Positions 16,582 through 29,400 of a DNA stretch of 43,831 nt are shown here, piece by piece. Every line of letters starts with the position of its first letter. Positions within the stretch are counted from its first letter, which is position 1. This DNA is from a virus (Duplodnaviria; Caudoviricetes). The DNA lies in IMG/VR virus record IMGVR_UViG_3300026085_000003, positions 1 through 43,831 of that record. One strand, given 5' to 3'. The notes under the pieces were generated by a model. It ran no database searches. It saw only the letters and a program-made list of their open reading frames with translations, and was not told the origin of the DNA. The translations under genes and the position numbers were made by a program.

Positions 16582-19500
16582 TTACGATAATAAGTATCTT
16601 TGCAACGCTACTATATCACCATCTACTCCGCCTAAGAAATTAACTTTGGCTTTAACTTTGATTTCAACCCCAGTAGTTGTAGATATTTGATCTTCTTTGA
16701 TCTCTACAACACCTGCAGTCATAATATTTACGTTCAATTCGGAATTACCACCACCAATTTGGGAGTTAATATAAGTTCGAATTGCTCGTTGTGTCGGTAC
16801 AACACTATCCGAGTTAGCCGCAAACGTTCCGTCTGTACTAAATTCTGTAATAGTTGCACCTGTTCCTCCAAGTTCTACTGAACCCAGTGAAAGTTCGTTT
16901 AGACCAGCAATATTAAATGCGTCAGCATCAAGTGTCGCAACACCAGTGGACTGTTCAACACTGAACAATTCACCTACTCTAAAGTTACCATCTTGGTCAG
17001 TTGATGTGTAGAATACTCTACCACCACCTGCTTGGTATGTTTCTTTAGTAGCATCCGGTTCGATTGTAGGAATGCCTGGATAATTTGTAGTAGCAAGTCC
17101 ACCAGTACCTACATCTAAGAAGTCGTGTCCTGTTAGTCGAACCTGTGAATATCTAATTCTCAATTCAACCGCATCACCGTGTTCTGGTGCATTGTCAACA
17201 GGAACATCTGGACTTAACTGTAATCTTGCAGTGAATGGTCCACTTCCTAATAATTCTCTCACAGTAACCAACTTGAAGTAAGGATCGTTTAATCCTTTAG
17301 TTGCTGGTACTACTGATAATCCGTTTGTAATTACATTTGTCATTATACCAGTCAAGTATGTTACTTTTGATACTGTACCAGTTTCGCCGTCGTTACCTAA
17401 AATAGTTTGTGTAGTAACAACTGGACTCTGTAAACTTGAATGTGCAGTATTTGTTAAAATGTAATTGTTGATAATATCTCTTAATTCATTAATCGAAGCA
17501 ACAGTCTGTTGTTGTTGACCTGCAACCTGTGAAGTTGCGCCGTCCCAATAAAGTTTTGATGCTTTAATAGTTTCAGTGTTACCACCATACTTAAGATCAA
17601 ATGCCAATGCGTCAACAATGTAACCTGTGTCTCTTTCACACTTGGTTGCATCATATGTAAAGCCTGACCATATACCTGTTCCTGCTGTAATCTGTGCTTC
17701 AATCCAAGCAATAACTTCGTCTTTCAAGTATTCTTTGTTTGTTGTTAATAACTCATATGCATTTGTATAAGTTATGTTTGTAATACCTGAGAATGTTACG
17801 TTCGAACCTGCTTTAGGTGACGCTGTTAACCCTTCAACAAAAATTTGTGATCCTGGTTGATATGTATCTTGATAACCATCGCCTGTAACAGTTGCGTTAG
17901 CAGTTTCGTAACCAATACCTCTGTTACTAATTGTTGGATTACCTAATGCTCCGTTACCAACTCTAACTTCTACCGGTGCTTCAACTGTGTTTGAAGGATC
18001 AGTAATTGTAAGTGTTGGAACTGTTGCATAACCTGAACCTGGTTCAAGAATCTTCATATCAGCAATTTTGCCTGTTGCCACTCTTGCTCTAATAAATGGC
18101 TTACAACCTGTTAAAATTCTATTTTGTGAAGTTGTAGAAGTTTGAATTCTGTACCAAGTTGGTGTATTGCTTGGATTACCAAAAATAATGTTTTGGAATC
18201 TTGAAACACTTCCTAAACCTGTACCGGTTCTTGAAGTCCAAGTAATACCATCTGGTGAAGTTGCCATTTCTTGACCAGTTCCTAAACTGCCAACTGTGAA
18301 TGTTAAATCTGTTCCGCCAGCATTACCAATGTCGCTATCTGCGATTGTAAACACTTCTGTACCATCGTACCAACGACCTGGGTTAACAATAGTAACTGTC
18401 GCGGCACCTACATCACTAATTTCAACTTTAACACCTAAACCAGTACCTGTACCGTTAGGATTAGTTCCGCCGCCTGTATAACTGCTTGGTGAAATGTAAT
18501 AAGTTGCTTCAGGTCTTAATGCATCAGTTCCGCCACCTGTAATTGTTACAGAACCTGCACCACCTTGTGCACCTTGTGTTGCAACAAACTCACCCATACC
18601 GTATGCAATAAACGGACCGTAATCGTTACCTCTGTTACCTGCTAACGGGAATGAAGTGTTTTCTGACCAACTTGAAATATTCATTGACCAAAATTGTCTA
18701 CCGCTGTCTGTTAATACAATAAATCTTCCTCTACCGTAAGCAATTGAACTATAATCTGCTCCACCGCCGCCAGCGTAAGTGTTTAAAGTAGTTAGACCAA
18801 CAGTATTCCAAGTAATACCATCAACTGATCTTGCAATCTGTCCATCTTCTGAAAGTGCAACAAACTCGCCTCTACCAAATACCATATCAACATAGTTTCC
18901 GCCTGCGGTTGCTGGTAGTGTAGTTTGAGTCCAAGTTTGACCGTCTGTTGAGTACATACCTGCTGTACCTAGTGATATTACAACCCATCTACCGTTGCCG
19001 TAAACTGTTTTAACCCAATTACCGCCTGCTGGGAAAGTAACAGCACTCCAAGTATCACCGTTATCATTTGAATAGTTGTGGCTAGTACCTGTGTTTGTGA
19101 TAGCAACAAGATTGTCGCCGCCGTCACCTGCAATTGACTGCCAAGGACCGCCTGCTGTTAAGTTACCTGCCGCTGACCAAGTGCTACCATCTGTTGATTT
19201 AACAATAGTATTAACGTTATTACCCATAACAAATAATCTACCGTTATTGTATCCAGCCGCGAATCTGTTAATTTGTAAATTAGGTCCAATGTTAACTGAA
19301 CTATCAGCAAATCCTGGATGTGGAATAGTTACTCTTGGTTCAATTTCATATTTTGTTGTACCATCAAGTAATGATGAAATAGCAGTACCTGGAATAATAT
19401 GATCCCAACCTGCTGTGCCATCTGATTCTTTGAAAACAGTTGCAGTTTTTGAACCTGCACCGTATGTTCCAATGTAACCATACTGACCAACACCTAAACC

Positions 19501-22500
19501 ACTTGTAATGAAAATTCTCATTCCGTTGTAGTCACCAGTGTTTGCAGTGTCAGTGTTTGAAATTACAATTTGTGTAGCATCACCTGACTGTGCTGTATTA
19601 TTAACAAAACCGTAGTCAGCACCACCAAAGTTGCCTTCACCGTCTGCGTTAACATCAAGGTTAAGCATTCTAATTTGGAAAACTGCTTGATCTCTAAATT
19701 CGTCTCCGATTGCAACAGCGTTAACACCATCGCCACCGAATGTGTAAGTAGAATTTGTATAATTGTTACCTGCGTTTGAATATTCTAATGCTAAAATTTC
19801 ATTTTGATCTGTGATAACATTTTTAATTTGTGCTTCTTGATATCTGTTATTAACTGTACCAGTAACTGCGTTTTCTGAAGGATCAACACCTTCTGCAACA
19901 GTACCAAAGTCACCGTATGATGAGTTACCGTTTGTAGCACGAATCTTACCACCGTTCTCTGCTAGGTATCCAATGTGTCCGTAGTATGAGAACACGGAAA
20001 CAAGTTCTGCTCTACCTAAGTTTGTAATCCAAGCACCAATACCTTGGTCAAGTACCTGTGTAAAGTCGTTGGCAACAATTGAATCATTACCACCATTGTG
20101 TAGGTCTCCGTCTACTTTCATACCAACACATCCTGTACCAAAAGTTGTTACGTTTTGGACATAAGGTGAACGTGTTTGAATCCAAACTCTTGGATCTTCT
20201 GGACCCCAACCTGGATCAAGCGATACAAACGCACCTGCTGTTGGACGTTTTGTACCATAATCATTTGCCGCTGAAAGTGTGCCTGTTAAACCTTGAACTG
20301 TACAGTTTCTTAAACCAGTACCGTTTCTCATATAGAACATATCTTCAGTTAACGAACCATTTACACTGTTTGCATAATATCTTGCATTTAATAATGTGTA
20401 ATAATTTCCACCGTGGATAAGTTCCCAAATAAATCCTTCAATAAAGTATTTTACATCTCTTTGACATTTTGATTGGGTATAAGTGTAAGCAGGATAAGTT
20501 GTGTCAATATATGCTGTAACTTCTTCTGCTAAGAAATCTTTGTTTAAATGTAACATAGTGATAGCACCATAAACGTTATCATCGTATGATGGAACTAAAC
20601 TAGAAGCGTAAGGATTAACTTCTGGTGGTGTACTATCTTGTGTATTGTTGTTTACCCAATAGTCAATATAATCTTGAATTGCTTGAATTTGATTAGCAAC
20701 AAAAGTTCCTTCTGTTGCAGAACCAGTTGCATTGTTTGTAACCTGTGTTTGCGTATTAGATGGTGTTTTAACAATGCTGTTACCTTGAATTACATCACTA
20801 ACGATGGCTTGTAATCTTTCATAACCAGCAAGTGTATAATTTGTATCAGAACTTTGTGTGAACATTGCCGCAGTCGCCGGACGAATGTTTGTTGAACGTA
20901 ATTCGTCTCCAACAACAGCAGTGTGTTCTGGAACAATAATTGGTAACACTTCATAGTAGATACCTGTTTTAACAAATACAGTTTTCTGTACAATTTCTTG
21001 TGCTGGTAAACCATCCAATGATGAGTCTGCTGATGCTACTTGAGTGGTTAAGATATTAACCAATGATTCAAGTTTTGCTTGAGCACCTGTTTCTTCACTG
21101 TATGTTGCATCAATAGTTTGTGGAATTGGAGATCCAACACTGTTTAATGTTGCATAGTTTTGTGATGGAGCCAAGTTACTAATTATTGCATCAACTAATG
21201 TTTTAATATAATTTAAAGCGTTTGCTGAAGCAGTTGCAGTTGCACCTGTACCAAAATCGTCATAATATTCTAATGTTAAATTACGTGTTTCTTTGTTACC
21301 ACCTGCTGACATATCTTTTGTAATTCTGTCAACAACCCAACCAACACGTTTTTTAAAGTCTGCTTTATCAACTGGATATGTAAATCCAACAAATGGCGAT
21401 ACACTATTTGTAACATTGTAATCAATATATTCAACTACTTGTTCTTGAATAAATTGTCTGTTAGCCATTAACAACCATTTTGCATTTGGATATAATGGAC
21501 CGTCTTCGATCATTTTACAAGCGTGTCTTACACTTGCAAAAGGTCTATCAACTGTTGCACCATACTTAGGATATGTACCATCAGTACCATTAGGACCAAC
21601 ATAGTAAACGTGAGTAGTAGAACCCCAAGTTCTCCACTCTGGCATACCTGTATCACTTACTGTTAAAATTTGTCCTTCAACACCAATTGGTAATCTTGTA
21701 GGACCTGATCCTGAATAGTAAAGTAAGTCGCCGTCAGTGGTTAATGCACTTGATTCATTACCACCTGCTAAAATTTTATAATATGTACCAGATACATCAA
21801 GGTCTGGTCTTTTACCACCAACTGATTGATTTGATTGGTGTGTTTGTACAACAACATAAGAGTTTACACCGTAGTAAACAACATCACCTGTGTCATAATC
21901 AGTTAGGTTAGTCCAATCACCATTCCATTCAAAACCTGAGTTTAATCTTTCCCAGTAACTTGTATTAGGTGGTTTAATTGCCGTACCTGCGTGGTCTTGA
22001 ATACACATATAAGTATATCCGCCAACACGTACAACATCACCTACATAGTAATCTTGTGTTGTTGAATCTTCACCCCAGTCACCTCTGTGATTAAATCCTT
22101 TTAGATATAAATCCCAATCATTCTGATTTGAATAAGGTGCTTTACCAATGTTGTTGGTTGTAGCAACATAAGAATAACCACCGTAGGTAACAATGTCACC
22201 TGGTTGATATTGTGATTGAATATTCCAACTATCTTCAAATTCTAAACCTGGAACAAATACTTCCCAGTTTTTTCCAGTTGAAACAGTTGCTACAGAAAAA
22301 GTAATTCCTGAACCTGTTCCACCAATGTTGCCGACAGCAACAGTTAATGTATCACTTACACTATGACCTTGACCGCCTCTTAATGGTGTAACACTTGTTG
22401 CCGCACCACTGCCGTCAATTACAATTTTAAATCTTTGACCTGTACCACTTCCTGTAGATGTTGCTGGTACGTCATTGTAAGTACCTGCTGTTCTTAAAGC

Positions 22501-23376
22501 ATCTGCCGCCGAAATATTATTAACAGTTGCAATAATACCTGTTGCATTTTCGTCAGCCGCTAAACTTGATGTACTTGTATGTTCTGTTGTACAAATCCAA
22601 AGGTTAGCACCATACTTAACAACATCATTAACTTTATATCTTACGTTTGTTGCCCAGTCTGTTTTGTATACAACACCTTTGTGGAAATATTCCCACTTGC
22701 TTGAATCTGCTTCTAGACCATTTGTTTCTGATTCTGCTTTGTGACCAACAATACAAACCATAACCTGACCACCGTATAATACTAGGTCATTTGGTTTATA
22801 TCTTACGTCACCGTTAGTAACGTTGGAAGGTAACCAAGCACCTTTCCAATCAAAACCTTTTGAGTAAATGTCCCATTTAGAAAGATCTGCTTCTAAACCA
22901 TCAATGTCGGTTACAACGGTAGTGCTTGAAGTATGATAAGTGTTACAAAGATAAATGTTACCACCATACTTAACTAAATCATTTTTCTTATATCTTGTGT
23001 TGACTGACCAATCACCTTTCCAGTCAGTATTTTCAGCATAAAGATCCCAGTCACCTTGATTTTGTTCTAGTCCTAATGCTACTGTTCCGGCAGATGTGTG
23101 TCCATTATTAGCAACATAAAGTAAGCCACCGTATTTTACTACGTCACCAACTTTATAATAAGTGCTAATTGCCCAATCGCCCTTCCATTGTTGACCATCG
23201 GACATTGTGTTCCAATTAACACTGTCTAAGTAAAAATCAGATCCGGAAGTATGTGCAGTTACACAAATGTATACCTGACCACCGTATCTTACGATATCGT
23301 CTTTAACGTAGGCTTTAGCGGCTACCCAGTCGCCTTGCCAAACAAATTTAATTCTACCTAGTTTAAATTCTGCCAT
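16582..23376 (-). CDS. Giant multidomain tail fibre/baseplate protein, 2264 aa
   Basis: N-terminal W.G.W...Y..(N/G)D.V.YGG..Y.C...H repeats, beta-helix entry motif (VFVKTG.Y.E.LPI..P...VVGDELRST), S.DG.TW Asp-box repeats and a C-terminal YSQVRLTGHDFLD..GRVFYTSTDQDGNFRVGELF block. Paralog of 23409-29792. Confidence 0.8.
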   Translation of the reverse strand: MAEFKLGRIKFVWQGDWVAAKAYVKDDIVRYGGQVYICVTAHTSGSDFYLDSVNWNTMSDGQQWKGDWAISTYYKVGDVVKYGGLLYVANNGHTSAGTVALGLEQNQGDWDLYAENTDWKGDWSVNTRYKKNDLVKYGGNIYLCNTYHTSSTTVVTDIDGLEADLSKWDIYSKGFDWKGAWLPSNVTNGDVRYKPNDLVLYGGQVMVCIVGHKAESETNGLEADSSKWEYFHKGVVYKTDWATNVRYKVNDVVKYGANLWICTTEHTSTSSLAADENATGIIATVNNISAADALRTAGTYNDVPATSTGSGTGQRFKIVIDGSGAATSVTPLRGGQGHSVSDTLTVAVGNIGGTGSGITFSVATVSTGKNWEVFVPGLEFEDSWNIQSQYQPGDIVTYGGYSYVATTNNIGKAPYSNQNDWDLYLKGFNHRGDWGEDSTTQDYYVGDVVRVGGYTYMCIQDHAGTAIKPPNTSYWERLNSGFEWNGDWTNLTDYDTGDVVYYGVNSYVVVQTHQSNQSVGGKRPDLDVSGTYYKILAGGNESSALTTDGDLLYYSGSGPTRLPIGVEGQILTVSDTGMPEWRTWGSTTHVYYVGPNGTDGTYPKYGATVDRPFASVRHACKMIEDGPLYPNAKWLLMANRQFIQEQVVEYIDYNVTNSVSPFVGFTYPVDKADFKKRVGWVVDRITKDMSAGGNKETRNLTLEYYDDFGTGATATASANALNYIKTLVDAIISNLAPSQNYATLNSVGSPIPQTIDATYSEETGAQAKLESLVNILTTQVASADSSLDGLPAQEIVQKTVFVKTGIYYEVLPIIVPEHTAVVGDELRSTNIRPATAAMFTQSSDTNYTLAGYERLQAIVSDVIQGNSIVKTPSNTQTQVTNNATGSATEGTFVANQIQAIQDYIDYWVNNNTQDSTPPEVNPYASSLVPSYDDNVYGAITMLHLNKDFLAEEVTAYIDTTYPAYTYTQSKCQRDVKYFIEGFIWELIHGGNYYTLLNARYYANSVNGSLTEDMFYMRNGTGLRNCTVQGLTGTLSAANDYGTKRPTAGAFVSLDPGWGPEDPRVWIQTRSPYVQNVTTFGTGCVGMKVDGDLHNGGNDSIVANDFTQVLDQGIGAWITNLGRAELVSVFSYYGHIGYLAENGGKIRATNGNSSYGDFGTVAEGVDPSENAVTGTVNNRYQEAQIKNVITDQNEILALEYSNAGNNYTNSTYTFGGDGVNAVAIGDEFRDQAVFQIRMLNLDVNADGEGNFGGADYGFVNNTAQSGDATQIVISNTDTANTGDYNGMRIFITSGLGVGQYGYIGTYGAGSKTATVFKESDGTAGWDHIIPGTAISSLLDGTTKYEIEPRVTIPHPGFADSSVNIGPNLQINRFAAGYNNGRLFVMGNNVNTIVKSTDGSTWSAAGNLTAGGPWQSIAGDGGDNLVAITNTGTSHNYSNDNGDTWSAVTFPAGGNWVKTVYGNGRWVVISLGTAGMYSTDGQTWTQTTLPATAGGNYVDMVFGRGEFVALSEDGQIARSVDGITWNTVGLTTLNTYAGGGGADYSSIAYGRGRFIVLTDSGRQFWSMNISSWSENTSFPLAGNRGNDYGPFIAYGMGEFVATQGAQGGAGSVTITGGGTDALRPEATYYISPSSYTGGGTNPNGTGTGLGVKVEISDVGAATVTIVNPGRWYDGTEVFTIADSDIGNAGGTDLTFTVGSLGTGQEMATSPDGITWTSRTGTGLGSVSRFQNIIFGNPSNTPTWYRIQTSTTSQNRILTGCKPFIRARVATGKIADMKILEPGSGYATVPTLTITDPSNTVEAPVEVRVGNGALGNPTISNRGIGYETANATVTGDGYQDTYQPGSQIFVEGLTASPKAGSNVTFSGITNITYTNAYELLTTNKEYLKDEVIAWIEAQITAGTGIWSGFTYDATKCERDTGYIVDALAFDLKYGGNTETIKASKLYWDGATSQVAGQQQQTVASINELRDIINNYILTNTAHSSLQSPVVTTQTILGNDGETGTVSKVTYLTGIMTNVITNGLSVVPATKGLNDPYFKLVTVRELLGSGPFTARLQLSPDVPVDNAPEHGDAVELRIRYSQVRLTGHDFLDVGTGGLATTNYPGIPTIEPDATKETYQAGGGRVFYTSTDQDGNFRVGELFSVEQSTGVATLDADAFNIAGLNELSLGSVELGGTGATITEFSTDGTFAANSDSVVPTQRAIRTYINSQIGGGNSELNVNIMTAGVVEIKEDQISTTTGVEIKVKAKVNFLGGVDGDIVALQRYLLS
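21800..23340 (-). repeat. Tandem Trp/Tyr-rich repeats resembling carbohydrate-binding modules (CBM5/12-like)
   Basis: About 8 copies of W.G.W....Y...D.V.YG...Y.C...H.S. Boundaries are approximate. Confidence 0.7.
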
Positions 23377-23397
23377 TGGATGTTCCTTTTACTTTGT

Positions 23398-23403
23398 TAT
23401 TTA
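23398..23403 (-). promoter_or_regulatory. Late promoter box TAAATA
   Basis: ggTAAATAacaaagtaaAAGGA..ATG. Confidence 0.7.
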
Positions 23404-23408
23404 CCATT

Positions 23409-26400
23409 TTAACCTACTCCACCGTCTGCACTACCAAACCCGTGACCGTACGTTTGACCGCCTGTTTCGTCGGTTCCGCCAAAATCATCTGCTAGAGCAA
23501 TATGTGTACCGTGTGCAAAGAAAGCCAGCGCCGCCGCTGTACCGCCTACACCACCTTGTACATTCATTTTCTTCAAGAATCTAATTGGTCTAGTTGGATC
23601 CTCTTCTAATGTTGTCATTGTTAGTGTTTGGAATTCAATACGAATTACACCCGCGACCAAACCGTTAACATTAATACTTGTACCACCACCTGTAATTCTA
23701 TTTGCTACATAGGCTCCGATAGCCTTTTGTGTTGGAACAATTTTATCACTGTTTGCCGCAAATGTTGGATCAATACTGAATTCATTAATTACTGCACCAG
23801 TACCACCTAGCACAACACCACCTAAAGATAGTTCTGTTAAACCTTGTAAATCAAACTGGTCAGCGTTAAGAGTAACAGTACCACGTGCCTGTTCAACTTC
23901 AAATAATTCACCAACCCTAAAGTTACCATCTTGGTCAGTTGATGCATAGAATACTCGTCCACCGTCTGCCTGTGCAACTTCGTTAAACGGTTTAGGAGCA
24001 TTGTCGGCACCTTCAACAAACCCTGCTAGATATCTTTCTGGATAATCTGTTTCGCTAAAGTTACCAGTACCAATATCTAAGAAATCGTGGAATGTTAAAC
24101 GTACCTGTGAATATCTTTGTCTAATTTCAATTGTAGTTTGATGTGCAGGAGATTCTGCAATTCCAATCGGTGGTGAAATGCTTATAATACCTGACAAGTT
24201 TCCAGTTGATCCTGAAACATTTGATGTTTTTGTAACCTTATAAGTTACTCCATCAATACCTGCTATGTCTAAGTTATCACCAGGTCCAGGTAATCTTGAA
24301 AGTTGTTGAACTTGAATATTAGCACCTAGTTGGAATTGATCCGCATAACCGTCACCTGTAATGGTTGCAGTTGCTGATCTAAATCTTGTACCTCTATTAA
24401 CAAATGATGGTTGAGGTAATACACCATTTCCTAAACGTAAATCCCATTTAGGTTCTTGTGTTGATTTAGGATCAGTAATTGTCATTCTTAAAACTTGTGA
24501 TTCGTTAATGTTAAGAACACCTGTTCCACCCATTCCTGAATGTGTATAACAATAGAAATATAAGTTTGCCGGAGCATCAAATTGAACTTCAATTTCTAAT
24601 TTTCTATCAGTCGCTGTTTCAAAGTTAGCAATATAATTTGCATAAGTTACTGATGCACCATCAAGCAAATATCTTACACCTTTATGATATGGTACACCGC
24701 CACCGTGTGTTCCGTCCTGTGTTGTAGAAATCAAGAACGGATGTGCAGGTCCTGGTGTAGAATCTTGTGGGAAATCTAACAGGGTTGGATCATTTAAATC
24801 AAACGTATATGTAATACCTTGTTGTAGTGCTAATGCTGGAGTTTCGTCAGAATCGATGTAGAATACATTTCCTAAATCAGCACCGTCTCTTCCAACAGTA
24901 ACAGTTTTAGTTTCAAACAATTGATACGTTGGTGTTGCACTTGTATAACCTGAACCTGGATCAAGAATTGTAAATGATCCTGCTCTACCGTTTGATACTT
25001 CCATAAATGCAAATGCACCTTTACCTTTTTTGATTATATCAAGAGTATTACTTCCTGATCCTGATAAAGGATTACCTGAACTTGTTACTAAGAATTTGCC
25101 TTCGTTGTTTGGATTACCAAAATTAATTGAAGTATAATTTCTTTGTGGTGTTGTTTCTGAATACCAAGTAATAGCATCTTCTGACCAAGCCACGTTACTA
25201 CCGTTCTTTTCAAATGCTAAGAATATACCTTGTCCGTATCCAATTATATAATTTCCTGCACTTGGTAATGCTCCTGGTACTTCAACCCAAGTATCTTTGC
25301 CGTTTCTAACGTTATAGAAAACTTTATCTGTTGTTTCGTCAACAGCAACAAATCTGTTGTTACCAAATATTAATTGTGTACAAGCAGACAAGTCTAATGG
25401 AACAAAGTTTTCGCCCCAACTAGTACCGTCAGCAGTTTTAAAATAAATTCTGTTAACAGTTGAATCAAAATCATTTGTTAATGCAATAAAGTGTCCTTGT
25501 CCCCAAACCAATCCTCTTACAGTTAGTGCACCAGTTTGTACCATAGGTGTGTCGTATGCTGTCCACGTTTGTGCATCTGTTGATTGCCACCAAGACAGTC
25601 CGTTATCGGACATAATAACATAATATCCATCACCGTATGCAACATAACGCTTGTTAGCAGTTGTTGAGTCTTCAGCAAATTCTGCCATAGACCAAGATAG
25701 TCCATCTGTTGATGTTGCCGAAATACCTTCTTGTGCTACCGCTACAAATCTACCGCCAGCAAAAATAATGTTTTGCCAATTTAATTCTGAACTTTGTATT
25801 TCTGGAGGAGCAGTAGGAAATGTTCCCATTGACCAACTTACACCATCACTTGAATAAGCATATTTTGATGTTCCTGTTGTACCAAATTCACTTTGTGCAA
25901 TAGCAACGAATTTGTTATTACCATAAGCAACATCACTCCAGTCAATCGGCTCAGGCATATTTGTTGTAGACGCACTATATGGTGGTTTACTAAATTCTAC
26001 CAATGGTTGAATTTGATAATATGCTGTGTCTAAAATAGGATCAACAATAGGTGTTCCTGAAATTAAGTGATCCCAACCGTCTTGACCGTTTGAAATTTTT
26101 CTAACCGTTGCAATTTTAGTTGATGGATCATATGTATCAACTATACCATACTGTCCAACACCACTACCTGCAATAATTCTAATTAGTTTACCTGTGTAAC
26201 CTGCTGTTGAATCTTCTTCTGTGTCAGTTTGTGATAATGTTATGCTGGTTGTAGTACCACCTTGTGCGAGACCTTGTACAACGGTGTAATCGGCACCACC
26301 AGCAGTCGATGAATCACCTGGATCCATAATTCTAACTTCTTTTAATGCACCATCTCTAAATTCTAAATATTCTGTAACTAGATCGGAACCTGTACCTGAA

Positions 26401-29400
26401 TAAGATTGAACAGCGGCGTTAGTGTAATGTTCACCTGCGTGTGTATATCCAAATAATACAATTTCGTTATCTTGATCAGTATAAACTGTTCCTACTTCTG
26501 CTTCACCTGATCTGTTATTAATAACAGCAGTAATAGGTGTTTCACTAATGTCATAACCTTCTGCAACTGATCCAAAGTCTCCATAAGAGTTGTTACCATT
26601 TGTAGCACGTATCTTACCGCCAGTTTCAGATAGATAACCGATATGACAGTAATATGTAAACACAGAAACAAGTTCTGTTAAACCTAGGTTTGTACACCAT
26701 ACACCAATACCATCACTGATTACCTGTGTAAAGTCGTTGGAAACAATTGACTTGTTGCCGCCGTCGTGCAAGTTACCATCAATCTTACATCCAACACAAC
26801 CTGTACCTATTGTTGTTACGTTTTGTACATAAGTAGATCTTGATGTGATCCATACACTTGTATCATCTGGACCAGTACCTGGATCAAGTGACACAAACGC
26901 ACCGCCTGTTGGTCTTCTAGTTCCAAACGCATTAACGGCACCTAAACCACCTGTTAATCCTTGAAGCGTAACATTTCTAATACCGCAACCGTTTCTAACA
27001 TAAAACATATTTGAAGTTTCGTATCCAGATGCTGGCATAATTCTTGTCGAACGCAGTTCATCACCAACTAATGCAACATTGGCAGGAATTGAAATAGGTA
27101 ATATTTCTTTGTATTCTCCTGTTTTAACAAATACCGTTGCAGGTGCTCTAGCACCTTGGTCTGCTAGAATATAATCCATTGCATACTTAATTGTTTTGAA
27201 TGGATTGTTTTCTGAAGCACCTTTATCTAGTGCATCAATACCATCTGGACTTACATAGTAAACTTTAGGTATTGAACCTAGTAATGCCCAAGCAGGATGA
27301 ATTGTTTCTGTACTATCAGTTGCTTTAGGAAGTGTTTTAAGAACAGTACCTAGGTCACCAATTGTTATTCTTTCATTTGTACCTTGTGAATAAGATTTAA
27401 TATCACCTAATTCAGCAAGAACGTTTGTTTGAATACCTTTAATGAAGTACGCCCAAAATTCATTTAATGGTTTAGATAAATCAATATCTGGTCTACTATT
27501 AATTGTTGTTGCCGCGTGTCGTTTAATACATTGATATGAAGTGCCTGCCCATTCTACAATATCACCTAATTTATAAACTCTTGCAGAAGAGTCTTCGTTT
27601 TCCTGTAACCATCTACCTTTTAGATATTGTCCAACTGATAATAATTTCCAATTAGTATTTCCTGTAACTGTTACAGTTGCCATCAAACCATCTGTTTCGG
27701 CCATATTAGCGTGATTATAACAAGCATAGTATAATGTGCCTGGAGCATCATCTGGGATATGATAAGTTACTGATCGTGTTCCTGCAGAATTAAATCCTGC
27801 ATTGTATTCTGCAAGTGTAGGAATAATTCTACCATCTAACATATAAATTACTTCGATGCCGTTTTCATATGGTTCACCGGCTGGTGTTGCTAGTATTCCG
27901 TTTGCTACCGTTGATAGATATAATGGATGATCGTTATTGCTAATATCATTTTGTTCAAATGTATATGTTGCACCTTTTGTAAACGCCAAGTTTGGAGTTC
28001 TTGCATTATCAATATAATACTTTTGTAACCCATTGTAGTTTCTTACACCAACGCTGTAAACAGTAGATTGATCTGATGCATCAGGACCATTATTAACTAA
28101 TGATTGGTGATCTCTTGTTGCTTGATAAAGGTATCCTGAATCTCTAATAACATCACCAATTTTATAGTCAATTGGATAGTTCCAATCACCTCTATGATTA
28201 TACCATTTACCTAATATTTCCCAAGTTGTTTCATCTGTTGAAGGATTAACACCCTGGCTAAACTGTATTGCTTTGTATGAATATCCACCGTGTACAACAA
28301 CATCCCCTGGTTGGTATGTTATGCCCGAATCCCAAGCATTATCAAAACCTATACCAGGAATGTAATCGTCAAATTTGTTTGTATCAAACGATCCTTCGGA
28401 AGTGTGTGTTACAGAACATCTATAAACACCTTGACCGTGCGTTACTAGGTCACCTCTATAATATCTAACACCTAACGCCCATTCGCTACGATATTGAATA
28501 CCATCAATTATAATTTCCCAGTTTACTAAATCGTTTTCTAATCCACCTGGATTTTGATCATCAACATAAACTTCGTCAGCGGCTGACATATGAGATACTA
28601 GACATCTATAAGTTACACCACCGTATCTAACTACATCGTTTTCTCTATAATGTGTTGATGTTTGCCAAGCGTTTGCCCACCAATCTGTTTTGTGAACAAC
28701 GTCCCAATAACCTAATCCTTTTTCTTCTAAACCTAAATCTGCTAAATCCGAATCGTGATGAATTCTACATCTGTAAAGCACACCGTTGTATCTAACCAAG
28801 TCGCCAACAATGTAAGAATTTTCAGCAACCCAATCACCTCTCCATTGCGAGCCTCTTACGTGATTGGTCCAATATGCCGCACGTCTTTCAAACCCAAATG
28901 AACCATCTGTTAGTGCAGTATGACCTTGTACACATCTATATACCACACCGCCTCTATGAACCAAGTCATTTAAAATATATTCTTGTGCTGTGTATGGAGG
29001 TGTTGCATTACCTCCTGAAATATAAGGATCAAAGTTTACAGCATCTACAGGTGTAGTTAAATCTGCATCAGCGTATAAACTAAATTCATTATCCGAACGT
29101 CTGCTAATATAATAAGTGTTTCCGTTGTATTGTGTTGTACCGTTGACATCTGATATAACAACAGTTTGACCACTTGATAAATTATGTGCCGCTGTTGTTG
29201 TAACAATTGGTGGTTCTAAGTTTTGAATGTTTGTAATAGCAATTGAAGTACCACCAGTTGAAGGTCTCCACGCACCTCTCCAACGGTAACCTTCTGACAT
29301 TAAATCCCATTTTGTTTTTGCTACCGTTCCTGTAACACTTAATTGTAAAACAGCACCTTGCGGATCAACTGTTTCAATTGTAACTCTAGCATCGTTTACG

